NCBI GenBank assembly: GCA_947586625.1
Contig: CANPXS010000003.1
Location: 1 to 58,591 of the forward strand
Length of the DNA stretch: 58,591 nt
From: an uncultured Clostridia bacterium
Lineage (GTDB): Bacteria > Bacillota > Clostridia > Oscillospirales > CAG-272
Reading direction: 5' to 3'
Part shown: piece by piece, positions 29,180-39,518 of the stretch
Layout of the letters: each line of letters begins with the position of its first letter
How positions within the stretch are numbered: the stretch's first letter is position 1
Made by a program: the position numbers and the translations under genes
Notes under the pieces: generated by a model
What the model saw: the letters and a program-made list of their open reading frames with translations, nothing else
The model's database searches: none
Told to the model about the DNA's origin: nothing

Positions 29180-30109
29180 ATGAAAACGTACGACAAAATA
29201 ACCGATCTCATCGGCAATACGCCGCTTTTGAGACTGACGAACTACATCGAGGCAAACGCCCTCGGCGCCGACATATATGGCAAGCTCGAGTATTTCAATC
29301 CCGCGGGGAGCGTCAAGGACAGGATCGCGAAGGCGATGCTCGACGACGCGGAGGAAAAAGGACTGATAAAACCCGGCGCCGTCATCATCGAGCCGACGAG
29401 CGGCAACACGGGTATCGGACTTGCGGCAGTCTCCGCCGCGAGAGGGTATAAGATCATACTTACGATGCCTGAGACGATGAGCGTCGAGCGCCGCAATCTG
29501 CTCAAAGCGTACGGCGCAGAGATAGTGCTGACGGACGGCGCAAAGGGAATGTCGGGCGCGATAGCGAAAGCGAACGAGATCGCTGCGTCGACGCCTAACA
29601 GCTTTATTCCGGGGCAGTTCACGAACCCCGCGAACCCGGCGATGCACCGCGCGACGACGGGTCCCGAGATATGGCGCGACACCGACGGCAAGGTCGACAT
29701 ATTCGTCGCGGGAGTCGGCACAGGCGGAACGCTCAGCGGCGTCGGCGGATATCTGAAATCGCAGAATCCGAATGTGAAGGTCGTCGCTGTCGAACCGGCG
29801 TCGTCGCCGGTACTTTCGAAGGGCGTATCGGGACCGCATAAGATACAGGGCATCGGCGCCGGTTTCGTGCCGGACACGCTCGATACGTCAATTTACGATG
29901 AGATCATAGCGGTCGAAAATGACGATGCGTTTGCGACAGGCAGGACGCTCGCGCGCAAGGAAGGACTGCTCGTCGGCATTTCATCGGGCGCTGCGGTATG
30001 GGCGGCGGCGCAGCTCGCAAAGCGTCCCGAAAACAAAGGCAAGCTGATAGTGGCGCTCCTGCCCGACACGGGTGAGCGGTATCTGTCGACGCCGATGTTC
30101 TCCGACTGA
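29180..30109 (+). CDS. cysK: Cysteine synthase A
   Basis: [53 protein letters not shown]. Confidence 0.97.
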   Translation: MKTYDKITDLIGNTPLLRLTNYIEANALGADIYGKLEYFNPAGSVKDRIAKAMLDDAEEKGLIKPGAVIIEPTSGNTGIGLAAVSAARGYKIILTMPETMSVERRNLLKAYGAEIVLTDGAKGMSGAIAKANEIAASTPNSFIPGQFTNPANPAMHRATTGPEIWRDTDGKVDIFVAGVGTGGTLSGVGGYLKSQNPNVKVVAVEPASSPVLSKGVSGPHKIQGIGAGFVPDTLDTSIYDEIIAVENDDAFATGRTLARKEGLLVGISSGAAVWAAAQLAKRPENKGKLIVALLPDTGERYLSTPMFSD

Positions 30110-30126
30110 ACAAAAGCGCAAAGATC

Positions 30127-30162
30127 GACGCGGTGAGACTTCTGTCGAAGACTCACCGCGTC
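30127..30162. terminator. Hairpin between convergent genes
   Basis: gacgcggtgag...ctcaccgcgtc inverted repeat. Confidence 0.7.
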
Positions 30163-30188
30163 TGCGTATTATGATTCAGTTTGCAGCA

Positions 30189-31661
30189 TTACTGCGGCGG
30201 GTCGATGACGGACAGTCTGCCCGCGTAGATGCCCCAGAAGTAGTCGGAGACGTAGCTGCCGTACGATTCGTACGGGACGAGTATCGTCGGCGGAGTGCCG
30301 AGTCCTGACAGAAGCTCCGCGCCGATCGCTACCGAGTTGCAGTCGGTGTTGTAGATGTAGACGCTCTCCACTGCCGCCGCGCCCGACAGGAACCCGTCAT
30401 ATATCTGCACGACGTTGTCGAATATGATGAGCGTCTTCATCGCGTCGGCGTCTGCGAACGCTGACGCGCCGAGCGCGAGCACGCGTTTGCCGCCTATCTC
30501 GCGCGGTATAACTATCGTGTCGAGCGATTTGCCCGCGTCCGCGATGCCGGATATCACAACGCCCTCGCCGAAATTCTCGACGACGAAAGCGTCTGCGGAC
30601 GTTTCGGTGAAGTCGGTTTCCGTTATGGGCTTCTGCTCGTCATCGACGACGGGTACCTCGGGGATATCGGGGTATACGATCTCGACAGCGTCCGTCTGGC
30701 CTATGGCGCGCAAGATGTCCTCGCAAAGCTGCATCGAGCGTATCGGGACGCCAGCGTCGTTGAGGTGGAAGTTGCTGTCGTAGAAGTAACCGGCGTCGAG
30801 TATGTAGTCGCCGACCTCGGATATGACCTCGCAGTCGAGGTTATCGTGCAGGAACTGATAGAACGCGTGGATCTCTTCCTCGTCTGTCGTAAGGACGGCG
30901 TCCTCATTCATAGGCGGGAAGCTGAAATACACGTCGACGCCGTGTCTGTGTGCCCACGCGACGTAATCGTTGACGTAGTCGATGAAATCACCGTCGAATA
31001 TCTCGCCCGAGAGCGTGATGTACTTGTTGGGGTCAAAGCCGAGCGTCATCTGATTGTACGGGCGCTCGTAGACGATGTCGCCGTATTCGTCGAACGACGA
31101 TTTCGCGTATACGCCCGTCACGTCGAGCCCGCCGGATTTCGCGTAGCGTATCTTCGATGCGGCGTAGCCCCAAAAGCCGCCCGCCATGTCGCCGATGTTG
31201 TCCTTGCCGATGTGCAGAAACAGCGACATATCGCTGTCGCATGCCTGCCACATCGCCTCGGAATTATAGTAGAGCGACAGCGTCTGCGTGTCCATTTCGG
31301 GGCATATGACGACGACGTCGCCGCGCGACAGTCCCGACTTTGACAGATCCATCATGACCTTTGTGCCGAGCGTCGCATAAAGACCGAAGTTGACGACGGG
31401 ACGTCCGATAACATCTTCCATCGCGTCCGAGTCTATGCCGAACGCGAGACTGCTCCCCCCGATCAACACGACCTTTTCGCCGTCGACAGTGCGCAGACGG
31501 TCATATTTCTCCGACAGCTCGCCGAGGAACGTCTCGGAGAACTGCGGCTTTGTCATCATAGCGACCGCGACGAACGCGAGCACGGGTATCACCATTGCGA
31601 GCGCGAGCGCGATGAACGACATCGTGTATTTCTTTACGTTTTCATTTTTGCCGTTTTCCAT
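30189..31661 (-). CDS. Membrane-anchored SGNH-like acyltransferase/esterase with C-terminal BspA-type LRR-like domain
   Basis: TM anchor, IGGSSLAFG, NFGL, YDSNFHLN (DxxH); IVIP..I....V...G..AF repeats. Confidence 0.72.
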   Translation of the reverse strand: MENGKNENVKKYTMSFIALALAMVIPVLAFVAVAMMTKPQFSETFLGELSEKYDRLRTVDGEKVVLIGGSSLAFGIDSDAMEDVIGRPVVNFGLYATLGTKVMMDLSKSGLSRGDVVVICPEMDTQTLSLYYNSEAMWQACDSDMSLFLHIGKDNIGDMAGGFWGYAASKIRYAKSGGLDVTGVYAKSSFDEYGDIVYERPYNQMTLGFDPNKYITLSGEIFDGDFIDYVNDYVAWAHRHGVDVYFSFPPMNEDAVLTTDEEEIHAFYQFLHDNLDCEVISEVGDYILDAGYFYDSNFHLNDAGVPIRSMQLCEDILRAIGQTDAVEIVYPDIPEVPVVDDEQKPITETDFTETSADAFVVENFGEGVVISGIADAGKSLDTIVIPREIGGKRVLALGASAFADADAMKTLIIFDNVVQIYDGFLSGAAAVESVYIYNTDCNSVAIGAELLSGLGTPPTILVPYESYGSYVSDYFWGIYAGRLSVIDPPQ

Positions 31662-31681
31662 ATTTCAGTCCGCGCTCCTTT

Positions 31682-33151
31682 CTAAAACTGGAAGTAGATG
31701 AACGTGCTCTCGCCGTTGCCGGACGCGATTATGAGCGCGGCGACAATAACGAGCCACGCGACCTGCGCATAGCCGTATGCGGCGGGGAGCGATTCGCCGT
31801 CACAGTCTACACGGCACATATCGGAAAGCTGTCTGCGGTCGAAGCGCGTCAGTATCCACACGGCGACTGCAAGCGCTATTGCCATTGTGACGCCGAGGCC
31901 CATCGCGGAGAACGTGTCGCGCGCATACGCGAGTCCGCCCCAGTCGGTGAACAGCTTTTTCATTATGATGCCGAGGTCGGAAATTGAGTTGGCGCGGAAG
32001 AATATCCATGCGAAGCATACGAGTACGAATGTGAAACACTGCTGCAAAAAGCCGAACCAAGACGATTTCATATCAATGTGCATTTTTGTATATATGCGTT
32101 CACGCAGCTTCTGCGTCACGCCGCCTATGACCTGATAAAGCCCGTGCAGCATACCCCATATGACGAACGTCCACGCCGCGCCGTGCCAAAGTCCCGACAC
32201 GAGGAAGACTATCATCACGTTTATGTATCTGCGCGTCTTGCCACGCCTGTTGCCGCCGAGCGGGATATAGAGGTAGTCGCGGAACCATGTCGAAAGACTG
32301 ATGTGCCAGCGTGACCAAAACTCCTTTATCGAGCGCGATATGTACGGGCGGTTGAAGTTCTGCATCAGGCGTATGTCCATAATGCGCGCGCAGCCTATCG
32401 CGATGTCGGTGTAGCCGGAGAAGTCGCAGTATATCTGTATTGCGAACAGCACGGTCGCAACGAGCACGCCGAGACCCGTCGCATTCGCGACGTCGTTGTA
32501 AACGGCGTTTACGTAAACGGCGGCGATGTCGGCGACTACGAGCTTCTTGAAAAAGCCGACGAGCATTATGCCGAGTCCCTCCGTCATGTTGGCGCGCGAT
32601 ATTTTATGCGGAGCCTTGAGCTGCGGGAGAAGATTCTCCGGACGCTCGATAGGTCCTGCGACGAGCTGCGGGAAGAACGACACGAACAGCGCGTAGTAAC
32701 CGAAGTGGCGCTCCGGCGCTATTTTTCCGCGGTAGACGTCTATGACGTACGACAGCGTCTGAAACGTGTAGAACGATATGCCGACGGGTAGGATAAGATC
32801 GAGGGAAAGGTCCTTCGGTCTGCGTCCGAACAGGCGTATTATGTCCTCGACGGAGCCGGAAAGGAAGTTATAGTATTTGAAGAACACCAAAACGCCGAGC
32901 GAGGCGAAAAGAGCTATTATGAGATAGAGCTTTTTAAGCGCCTTTTTGTCTGTCTTTGAAACGAGTATTGCTGTCACGTACGAGACTGCGGTCGTGAACA
33001 GAATGAGCAAGATGAGCTTTGCGTCCCAGTACATGTAGAAGTAGTAGCTCGCCGCGAGCAGCGCTATCCAGCGGAACCGCGTAGGCAGAATGTAGTGCAG
33101 TATTATGACGATAGGCAGGAATATAAGAAATTCAAGAGAATTAAATACCAT
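31682..33151 (-). CDS. MBOAT family O-acyltransferase (AlgI/PatA/DltB-like)
   Basis: LPVGISFYTFQ, FFPQLVAGPIER, YCDFSGYTDIAIG, FW.RWHISLS.WFRDYLYIPLGG, SGLWHGA, FIYFQF. Confidence 0.95.
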   Translation of the reverse strand: MVFNSLEFLIFLPIVIILHYILPTRFRWIALLAASYYFYMYWDAKLILLILFTTAVSYVTAILVSKTDKKALKKLYLIIALFASLGVLVFFKYYNFLSGSVEDIIRLFGRRPKDLSLDLILPVGISFYTFQTLSYVIDVYRGKIAPERHFGYYALFVSFFPQLVAGPIERPENLLPQLKAPHKISRANMTEGLGIMLVGFFKKLVVADIAAVYVNAVYNDVANATGLGVLVATVLFAIQIYCDFSGYTDIAIGCARIMDIRLMQNFNRPYISRSIKEFWSRWHISLSTWFRDYLYIPLGGNRRGKTRRYINVMIVFLVSGLWHGAAWTFVIWGMLHGLYQVIGGVTQKLRERIYTKMHIDMKSSWFGFLQQCFTFVLVCFAWIFFRANSISDLGIIMKKLFTDWGGLAYARDTFSAMGLGVTMAIALAVAVWILTRFDRRQLSDMCRVDCDGESLPAAYGYAQVAWLVIVAALIIASGNGESTFIYFQF

Positions 33152-33461
33152 CGATTGCCTCCTTGTCAGACTGCGCGTCGGCAGCGTTCTCTTTTGTCGA
33201 TCTGCGGCGCGGTAGCTTTCCGTATGCGGCGCCGAATATCACCGCCGCGAATACGAGCAGCACGAGGTACAGCTCTTCAAGCGACGCGTCGCGGAAAAGC
33301 AGAAGCAGAGCCGCCGCGAGCTCGCACAGCGCTGCAAGCGTCGCGGGCAGCCATTTGAGGCGCGTATTTTTCATGAAGCGATACCACAGCGCGCATGCGA
33401 GCGCAGCCGCAAGTATCAGGGCGAGTATGAGCCCGCCTGTCAGTCGGTCCAATTCTATCAC
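33141..33461 (-). CDS. Small membrane protein (3 TM) coupled to MBOAT gene
   Basis: Hydrophobic ORF overlapping the MBOAT start. Confidence 0.6.
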   Translation of the reverse strand: MIELDRLTGGLILALILAAALACALWYRFMKNTRLKWLPATLAALCELAAALLLLFRDASLEELYLVLLVFAAVIFGAAYGKLPRRRSTKENAADAQSDKEAIDGI

Positions 33462-33515
33462 CTGCCAATAAAATATTTTACAGTTGTATAATATCGGTTC
33501 TGCAAATGTATAAAT

Positions 33516-34142
33516 CTATCTTTTCACGAGCCTGAACGTCAGCCTCATAAACTGACGGCACGACGCGTACACATTGCGTCCGAGCGACACGTCGTCGTTG
33601 TAGGACTGATCCGCCGTCGTGAGGGCGGGGTATTCGCCTCTGTAAATCTCGTACCTGCGGAAAAGGGAGTAGAGATCGGCTATCGAATAATAATCGGCCG
33701 GCAGCTTTACGCCCGAAAGACGCAGCATCGATACGGCAAATTCAACACATGTGAACGAGTCGCGCACGTTTACTCTGTGACGTAGCGGCACGAGCGCCGC
33801 CGACAGCATATTGTAAACGTATGCGTCGGGGTGCGCGCACATAAGATCAATCTGTGTTTTCACGCGCGCGTATCCGTCGTGTCCGACTGGCAGCGCGCAC
33901 ACAGCGATATCGGCGACGCCGAAGTCGCCGCGGTACCGTTCCGCGCCCTCGCAGACAAAGCCGCCGCAGAACGGAGTCTCGCGCTTCAGCCGCGCGAACG
34001 AGTACATCTCACATAAGCTGCCGTCGAGCGCTATCGAGACATGATTGTATATCCCATGCGTCACGGTGCGGATAAATCGCCCCATTCTGTACGGCGTGCG
34101 GGAGAAAACGACGTATATGCAGTTGTCGGAACCGTTTTCCAT
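33516..34142 (-). CDS. Hypothetical protein, possibly permuted papain-like NlpC/P60 amidase
   Basis: YNHVSIALD early, Y.YN and FTCVEF late (His before Cys); GGAGG RBS. Confidence 0.6.
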   Translation of the reverse strand: MENGSDNCIYVVFSRTPYRMGRFIRTVTHGIYNHVSIALDGSLCEMYSFARLKRETPFCGGFVCEGAERYRGDFGVADIAVCALPVGHDGYARVKTQIDLMCAHPDAYVYNMLSAALVPLRHRVNVRDSFTCVEFAVSMLRLSGVKLPADYYSIADLYSLFRRYEIYRGEYPALTTADQSYNDDVSLGRNVYASCRQFMRLTFRLVKR

Positions 34143-34165
34143 GCGTATTTCCTCCGACGCGCGCG

Positions 34166-34870
34166 TCATATTATGCCGAAAAGAATAAGCCCGACCGTGT
34201 TGATGCCGAGATTGGCGCACATGTGTACGATCCACGACGGGTAAATGACGCCGCGCTGATCACCTAATGCGTCGACGCGGTCGAATATGAGCGCGCCGAC
34301 GAAGAGACCGAAAAGCAGAAGCGCCATTAGAAGCGGCGAGAACCACCCCTTCATTATTGCGACGTGGTATACGGCGAACGCGGCAGACGAAAATATATAC
34401 GCGAACCGTCTGCCGGCTAAATCGGCGAGCGCGCCGAACGCGAATGCGCGGAACATTATCTCCTCGCAAAGCGAGTTTACGACGGAGATGTAGGCGGCGA
34501 CGTATATAAAATTGTCGCGCGTCACGCCCTCTCCGTCGGCGAGAGATGCGGTGACTGCCGAAAAGTCGAACACACCCCGCAGCGCGAAGTAGCCGCCGAC
34601 GATAAGCACGTATATCGCGGCGCCTGCCGCGAGCGCAAACAAAAGTCGCTTTCCCGCGCCGCGCGGTATGAACCACGAGCGGAGCGACGAGCCGCGCTTT
34701 GTGAACGAATACGCGAGCGGTATGCATATGAACAGTACAAGCTTTACGGCGGATTTCACGGTGTACGGCGGTTCGATAACGCCGTCGACGACCGCCATCG
34801 CAGCGCATGCGAGCATAGTCGCGGCTATGATAAAGAGCGAAGCCGTTCTATTCCCGCTTTTCACCGACAT
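34166..34870 (-). CDS. CPBP (CAAX protease/Abi) family intramembrane metalloprotease
   Basis: EEIMFR, FAVYH, HMCAN. Confidence 0.9.
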   Translation of the reverse strand: MSVKSGNRTASLFIIAATMLACAAMAVVDGVIEPPYTVKSAVKLVLFICIPLAYSFTKRGSSLRSWFIPRGAGKRLLFALAAGAAIYVLIVGGYFALRGVFDFSAVTASLADGEGVTRDNFIYVAAYISVVNSLCEEIMFRAFAFGALADLAGRRFAYIFSSAAFAVYHVAIMKGWFSPLLMALLLFGLFVGALIFDRVDALGDQRGVIYPSWIVHMCANLGINTVGLILFGII

Positions 34871-34909
34871 CAAGACCGCGCCTCCGCTTTGCGATAAACA
34901 GTTGTTACA

Positions 34910-34938
34910 ATTATACTATAACCGCAAATGATTGTCAA
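34910..34938 (-). promoter_or_regulatory. Consensus sigmaA promoter
   Basis: TTGACA-17-TATAAT on minus strand. Confidence 0.8.
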
Positions 34939-35087
34939 TCGTTCGGGTGAAAAATGCCGAATCGTTTTGAAAAATAATGTTTTTGTGTTCCCATTTGCGG
35001 CGAGGGCGGTGTCATTTTCGATTTAACCACTTGACTAAACGCGCAAAGTATAGTACATTATAATAAATATCATATAGAGGAATCAAA

Positions 35088-36356
35088 ATGTTTGTTGATA
35101 AAGTTACGATATACGTCAAAGCCGGAGACGGCGGAAACGGCTGCATATCGTTCCACCGCGAGAAATACGTCGCCAAGGGCGGACCGGACGGCGGCGACGG
35201 CGGCAGAGGCGGAAATGTAGTCTTTACCGTCGACGAGGGCACAAATACGCTTTTGGCGTTCAAATACAGACGGAAATTTATTGCAGGTAACGGCGAGGGC
35301 GGCAAAGCGGGCAAGATGCACGGCAAGTCTGCGGACGACCTGCTCGTACCTGTGCCGCCGGGGACGCTTCTGCGGGACGCCGATTCCGGCGCGATAATAC
35401 ACGACATGTCGGACGGCAAGCCGTTCGTTCTTTGCCGCGGGGGCAGAGGCGGCTGGGGAAACCGCCACTTCGCGACGCCGACGCGGCAGATACCGCGATT
35501 TGCAAAGAACGGCACGAAGGGCGAGGAGCGCGACGTCACGCTCGAGCTTAAAATGATCGCTGACGTGGGACTCGTCGGACTGCCGAGCGTCGGCAAGTCG
35601 TCGATACTCGCCGCTATATCGGCGGCAAGACCGAAAATAGCCGAGTATCATTTCACGACTCTGTCGCCGAATCTCGGTGTCGTCGCGTACGGCGACGGCG
35701 GATTTGTCGCCGCCGACATACCGGGTCTTATCGAGGGCGCGTCGTCGGGCGCGGGACTCGGTCACGAGTTTTTGCGCCACGTCGACAGGTGCCGCATGCT
35801 CGTCCACGTCGTCGATATCGCATCTGTAGAGGGACGCGATCCTATCGCGGACATGGAGACTATAAACAGCGAGCTCGAAATGTATTCGCCGGAGCTCGCG
35901 GATCGTCCGCAGCTCGTCGCGGCGAACAAATTCGACGCCGTCGACGAGGAGACGTTCGACCGCGAGCGGTTCGAAGAATATGTGCGCTCGCACGGATGGG
36001 ACCTCATCTACATCTCCGCCGCGACTGGGTACAACATGAAGGAGTTTGTGAACAAGGTCGGCGCGATGCTCGAAACGCTGCCGCCCGTCACGGTCTACGA
36101 GCCGGAGGTGACTGACGAACCCGTCATATCTTCGGGCGTCGAGACGACGGTGCACAAGGATGGCGACGTATACGTCGTCGAGGGCGAATGGCTGTTCAAT
36201 CTGCTCGGGCAGGTGAACCTATCCGACCGCGAATCGCTCGCGTATTTCGGGCGTGTTTTGACAAAGTACGGCGTTATCGACATGCTCGAGGAGAACGGAT
36301 GCAAAAACGGCGACACCGTGTCGATATACGACTTCCAGTTTGATTTTGTTAAGTGA
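35088..36356 (+). CDS. obgE: GTPase Obg
   Basis: FHREKYV.KGGPDGGDGG, GLPSVGKS, YHFTTL, DIPGLIEGA, NKFD, C-terminal OCT domain. Confidence 0.97.
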   Translation: MFVDKVTIYVKAGDGGNGCISFHREKYVAKGGPDGGDGGRGGNVVFTVDEGTNTLLAFKYRRKFIAGNGEGGKAGKMHGKSADDLLVPVPPGTLLRDADSGAIIHDMSDGKPFVLCRGGRGGWGNRHFATPTRQIPRFAKNGTKGEERDVTLELKMIADVGLVGLPSVGKSSILAAISAARPKIAEYHFTTLSPNLGVVAYGDGGFVAADIPGLIEGASSGAGLGHEFLRHVDRCRMLVHVVDIASVEGRDPIADMETINSELEMYSPELADRPQLVAANKFDAVDEETFDRERFEEYVRSHGWDLIYISAATGYNMKEFVNKVGAMLETLPPVTVYEPEVTDEPVISSGVETTVHKDGDVYVVEGEWLFNLLGQVNLSDRESLAYFGRVLTKYGVIDMLEENGCKNGDTVSIYDFQFDFVK

Positions 36357-36359
36357 TGT

Positions 36360-36950
36360 ATGGAAAATACGATTGACAACGACCGCTTCGGACGCATGAT
36401 AGACCTGCTCGAGGTGCAGAAGTCGTTTATACTGAACCACCTCGCACCGGGCGGCACGGCGGTCGATTTCACGATGGGCAACGGGCACGACACATCGTTT
36501 CTGTCGCGCACCGTCGGCAAAGACGGGCACGTATATGCGTTCGACGTGCAGCCTGAGGCGCTCGAGTCGACGAGAAAAACGCTTGTTGCCGACGGCTGTC
36601 CCGACAACGTGACGCTCATACTCGACTCGCACTCGAACGTAAAAAACTACGTGCATGAGCCTATAAACGCCGGAATGTTCAATCTCGGATTCATGCCGGG
36701 CGGCGACAAGTCGAAAACGACGATGCGCACGACGACGATGCCGGCGGTCGCATCGGCAATTGAACTGCTCGCGCCTGGGGGCGTTTTGACAGTTGCGGTA
36801 TATCCTGGTCACGCTGAGGGCGACGCGGAGGGGCGCGAGCTGCGCGAGTATTTCTCTACGCTTGACAGACACGTTCTGTGCTGCACGGAGATACATATCG
36901 TAAACTCGCCGTCGTCTCCGTTTTTCACCGTGATCGAGCGCAGACTGTAA
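36360..36950 (+). CDS. mnmM: YtqB/MnmM-like SAM-dependent RNA methyltransferase
   Basis: DFTMGNGHDT.FL, FDVQ, DSH, FNLGFMPGGDK, YPGH.EG..E. Confidence 0.8.
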   Translation: MENTIDNDRFGRMIDLLEVQKSFILNHLAPGGTAVDFTMGNGHDTSFLSRTVGKDGHVYAFDVQPEALESTRKTLVADGCPDNVTLILDSHSNVKNYVHEPINAGMFNLGFMPGGDKSKTTMRTTTMPAVASAIELLAPGGVLTVAVYPGHAEGDAEGRELREYFSTLDRHVLCCTEIHIVNSPSSPFFTVIERRL

Positions 36951-36973
36951 ATTTTATCGAAGGAGGCAAACGG

Positions 36974-38449
36974 ATGAACGGCGGAATGAATCCGCGCGAC
37001 AGATATTACGCGGAGATGAAGGCGGCCGAGGACAGGCGTCGAGAAGCGCAGAGACGCGATGCGATCGAACGTGAGCGGCGCGCACGCGAAGAGGAGCGCC
37101 GCCGCCGTGAAGCGGAACGTCAGCGCGCGATACAGAGAGAGCGCATGAGACGCAAAAAACAGCGCCGCATTTTCCTGCGCCGTTTCCTCGTTTTTCTATT
37201 TTTTATCGCTATCATACTTGCGATCGTATTCGCCGTAACGGTGATATCGTTTCGTATGAGATCGAACATCGGCACGGACACGTCGGAGTACAAGATAGTG
37301 TACGGCGAGGACGACGACAGCGTGACGGAACGCGTATCGGCGGCAAAATTTGAACGCGACGGCGTGCGGTACGTCAATTATACGTCTTTGTCGTCGTATC
37401 TGTCCATGTCGGTGATGGCGAAGGACGGCGTTTACAGCTTCATAATCCCCGAAAGCGGCGAAACTGTTACGTTTACGAACAACTCTGCCGATGCCGACGT
37501 CAACGGCTCGTCGGTGCGTCTCGACGGTGCATCGCTGTACGAGAACGGCGACGTGTGGACGCCGCTGTCGTTCGTTACGCGGTATATGACGGGCGTCAAG
37601 GTCACAATAGATGAGGAAAAGCATACGGTCACGTTCGTCGTCGACGGCAAGGCAGGTTTTACGAATAAAAAAGTCGAGACGCTGCCGCACTACGGCGAGA
37701 CTGAGGGCGATGATACGACAGATACGGGGACAGAGACGCCGCCGGAGGACGAAATACCGGCTGTCGAGTTCAAATCCGATTTGTCGGCGTATGAACAGTA
37801 CATGAACCCGACGGGGGAGGAACGCGACGCGTATCTGATACTCGTAAACACGACGCATACGATAGGCGAGGATTACGCCCCGACCGATCTTGTCGACATC
37901 AAAAATACGCGAACCGACAGAGGAGCGCGCCAGATGCGCGAGGTCGCGGAGAAGGCGCTCGAGGCGATGTTCATCGAGCTGTTCGCAAACGGCTACGACG
38001 GAAACGGCCCGTCGGGCTATCCGGTTTCCGTCATGAGCGCGTACCGCTCGTACACGGAACAGGTATCGCTTTTCAACTCCTACGTCGACAGGGAAATGCG
38101 CGACGATCCGTCGCTTTCACGCGCGCAAGCGGAGAAGATAACGTCGACGTATTCCGCGCCTCCCGGAACGAGCGAGCATCAGACGGGACTGTGCGTCGAC
38201 ATGCACAATATGCCGTCGGCGCAGAAGGCGTTCGCCGACCAGCCCGCGTATGAATGGCTGCGCGACAATTCGTGGAAGTTCGGCTTCATTCTTCGTTTCC
38301 CCGAGGATAAGCAGGACATAACGGGCATCACGTTTGAGCCGTGGCATTACAGATACGTGGGACGATATCACGCGTATAAGATATGGAGCTCGGGCATGTG
38401 CCTCGAGGAATACGTCGAGGCGATGGAGAATAACGGCGCCGCAGGTTGA
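36974..38449 (+). CDS. Membrane-anchored D-Ala-D-Ala carboxypeptidase (M15B/VanY-like)
   Basis: Charged coiled N-terminus, TM, SAYRSY..Q, SA.PG.SEHQTGL.VD, FGFILRFP, EPWHYRYVG. Confidence 0.88.
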   Translation: MNGGMNPRDRYYAEMKAAEDRRREAQRRDAIERERRAREEERRRREAERQRAIQRERMRRKKQRRIFLRRFLVFLFFIAIILAIVFAVTVISFRMRSNIGTDTSEYKIVYGEDDDSVTERVSAAKFERDGVRYVNYTSLSSYLSMSVMAKDGVYSFIIPESGETVTFTNNSADADVNGSSVRLDGASLYENGDVWTPLSFVTRYMTGVKVTIDEEKHTVTFVVDGKAGFTNKKVETLPHYGETEGDDTTDTGTETPPEDEIPAVEFKSDLSAYEQYMNPTGEERDAYLILVNTTHTIGEDYAPTDLVDIKNTRTDRGARQMREVAEKALEAMFIELFANGYDGNGPSGYPVSVMSAYRSYTEQVSLFNSYVDREMRDDPSLSRAQAEKITSTYSAPPGTSEHQTGLCVDMHNMPSAQKAFADQPAYEWLRDNSWKFGFILRFPEDKQDITGITFEPWHYRYVGRYHAYKIWSSGMCLEEYVEAMENNGAAG

Positions 38450-38516
38450 CGCGCCATGATCGCACGGTGATCGGCGGTAATATACAGCAAACACAAAGGA
38501 TAAGGAGGCATTTACA

Positions 38517-39464
38517 GTGCCTATACGCATACCGAACGAGCTTCCCGCAACGAAAACGCTGCGGGAGGAGAACATATTCGTCATAACGGAAAACCGCGCC
38601 GCGATGCAGGACATACGTCCGCTCGAGATCGCGATACTGAATCTCATGCCGACTAAGATCGTGACCGAAACGCAGCTCGCAAGACTGCTAGGCAACACGC
38701 CGATACAGGTTCAGATGGAGCTCATAATGACGAGCACGCACAAGGCGAAGAACACGTCCGAGGAGCACATGCTCACGTTTTATAAGACGTTCGACGACAT
38801 AAAGGACCGCACGTTTGACGGACTCGTCATAACGGGCGCGCCTGTCGAGCATCTGCCGTTTGAATCGGTCGAATACTGGGACGAGCTCTGCACGATAATG
38901 GAGTGGTCGAAAACGCACGTAACGAGCACGTTTCACATTTGCTGGGGAGCGCAGGCGGCGCTTTACTATCACTACGGCATACAGAAGCGACCGCTCGAGA
39001 AAAAGCTGTTCGGCGTGTTCAGACACACCGTCGACTACAAGCGCTCGATACTGTTCCGCGGCTTCGACGACGTCTTCATGGCGCCTCATTCGCGCCACAC
39101 GACAGTCGACAGAGCCGATATCGAAGCGGAGCCGAGACTGAAAATCCTTGCATCGTCGGAGGAAGCAGGCGTTTACGCCATCATCGCCGACCACGGACGG
39201 CAGATATTCATAACCGGTCACTCCGAATACGACGCGGACACGCTCGAACGCGAATATCTGCGCGACAAAAACGCGGGACTGCCGATAGATATGCCCGTCA
39301 ACTATTACCCGAATGATGACGACACAAAGCGCCCTGTCGTGACGTGGCGCTCGTCGGCGAATCTGCTCTACTCGAACTGGCTCAACTATTTCGTTTATCA
39401 AACGACGCCGTTCGACATCAGAAACGTCAGTGACCCGTCCGCGAGAACGTCGACGCCGGAATGA
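38517..39464 (+). CDS. metA: Homoserine O-acyltransferase (Glu in GAPVE suggests acetyltransferase)
   Basis: [43 protein letters not shown]. Confidence 0.96.
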   Translation: MPIRIPNELPATKTLREENIFVITENRAAMQDIRPLEIAILNLMPTKIVTETQLARLLGNTPIQVQMELIMTSTHKAKNTSEEHMLTFYKTFDDIKDRTFDGLVITGAPVEHLPFESVEYWDELCTIMEWSKTHVTSTFHICWGAQAALYYHYGIQKRPLEKKLFGVFRHTVDYKRSILFRGFDDVFMAPHSRHTTVDRADIEAEPRLKILASSEEAGVYAIIADHGRQIFITGHSEYDADTLEREYLRDKNAGLPIDMPVNYYPNDDDTKRPVVTWRSSANLLYSNWLNYFVYQTTPFDIRNVSDPSARTSTPE

Positions 39465-39477
39465 TGAAAAAGAAAAG

Positions 39478-39505
39478 GGGAGAGAAGCCGCGACGCTTCT
39501 CTCCC
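39478..39505. terminator. Bidirectional terminator-like hairpin
   Basis: gggagagaagc...gcttctctccc flanked by A-rich and T-rich tracts, between convergent genes. Confidence 0.8.
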
Positions 39506-39518
39506 ATATTTTATTGAA

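Noticed and set aside
36974-38449. VanY-like gene as a vancomycin resistance determinant
   Set aside because: No van ligase or regulator nearby; the architecture fits a housekeeping M15B carboxypeptidase.
38450-38516. Possible SAM riboswitch or T-box before metA
   Set aside because: Only 67 nt, one small hairpin, no S-box or T-box consensus.
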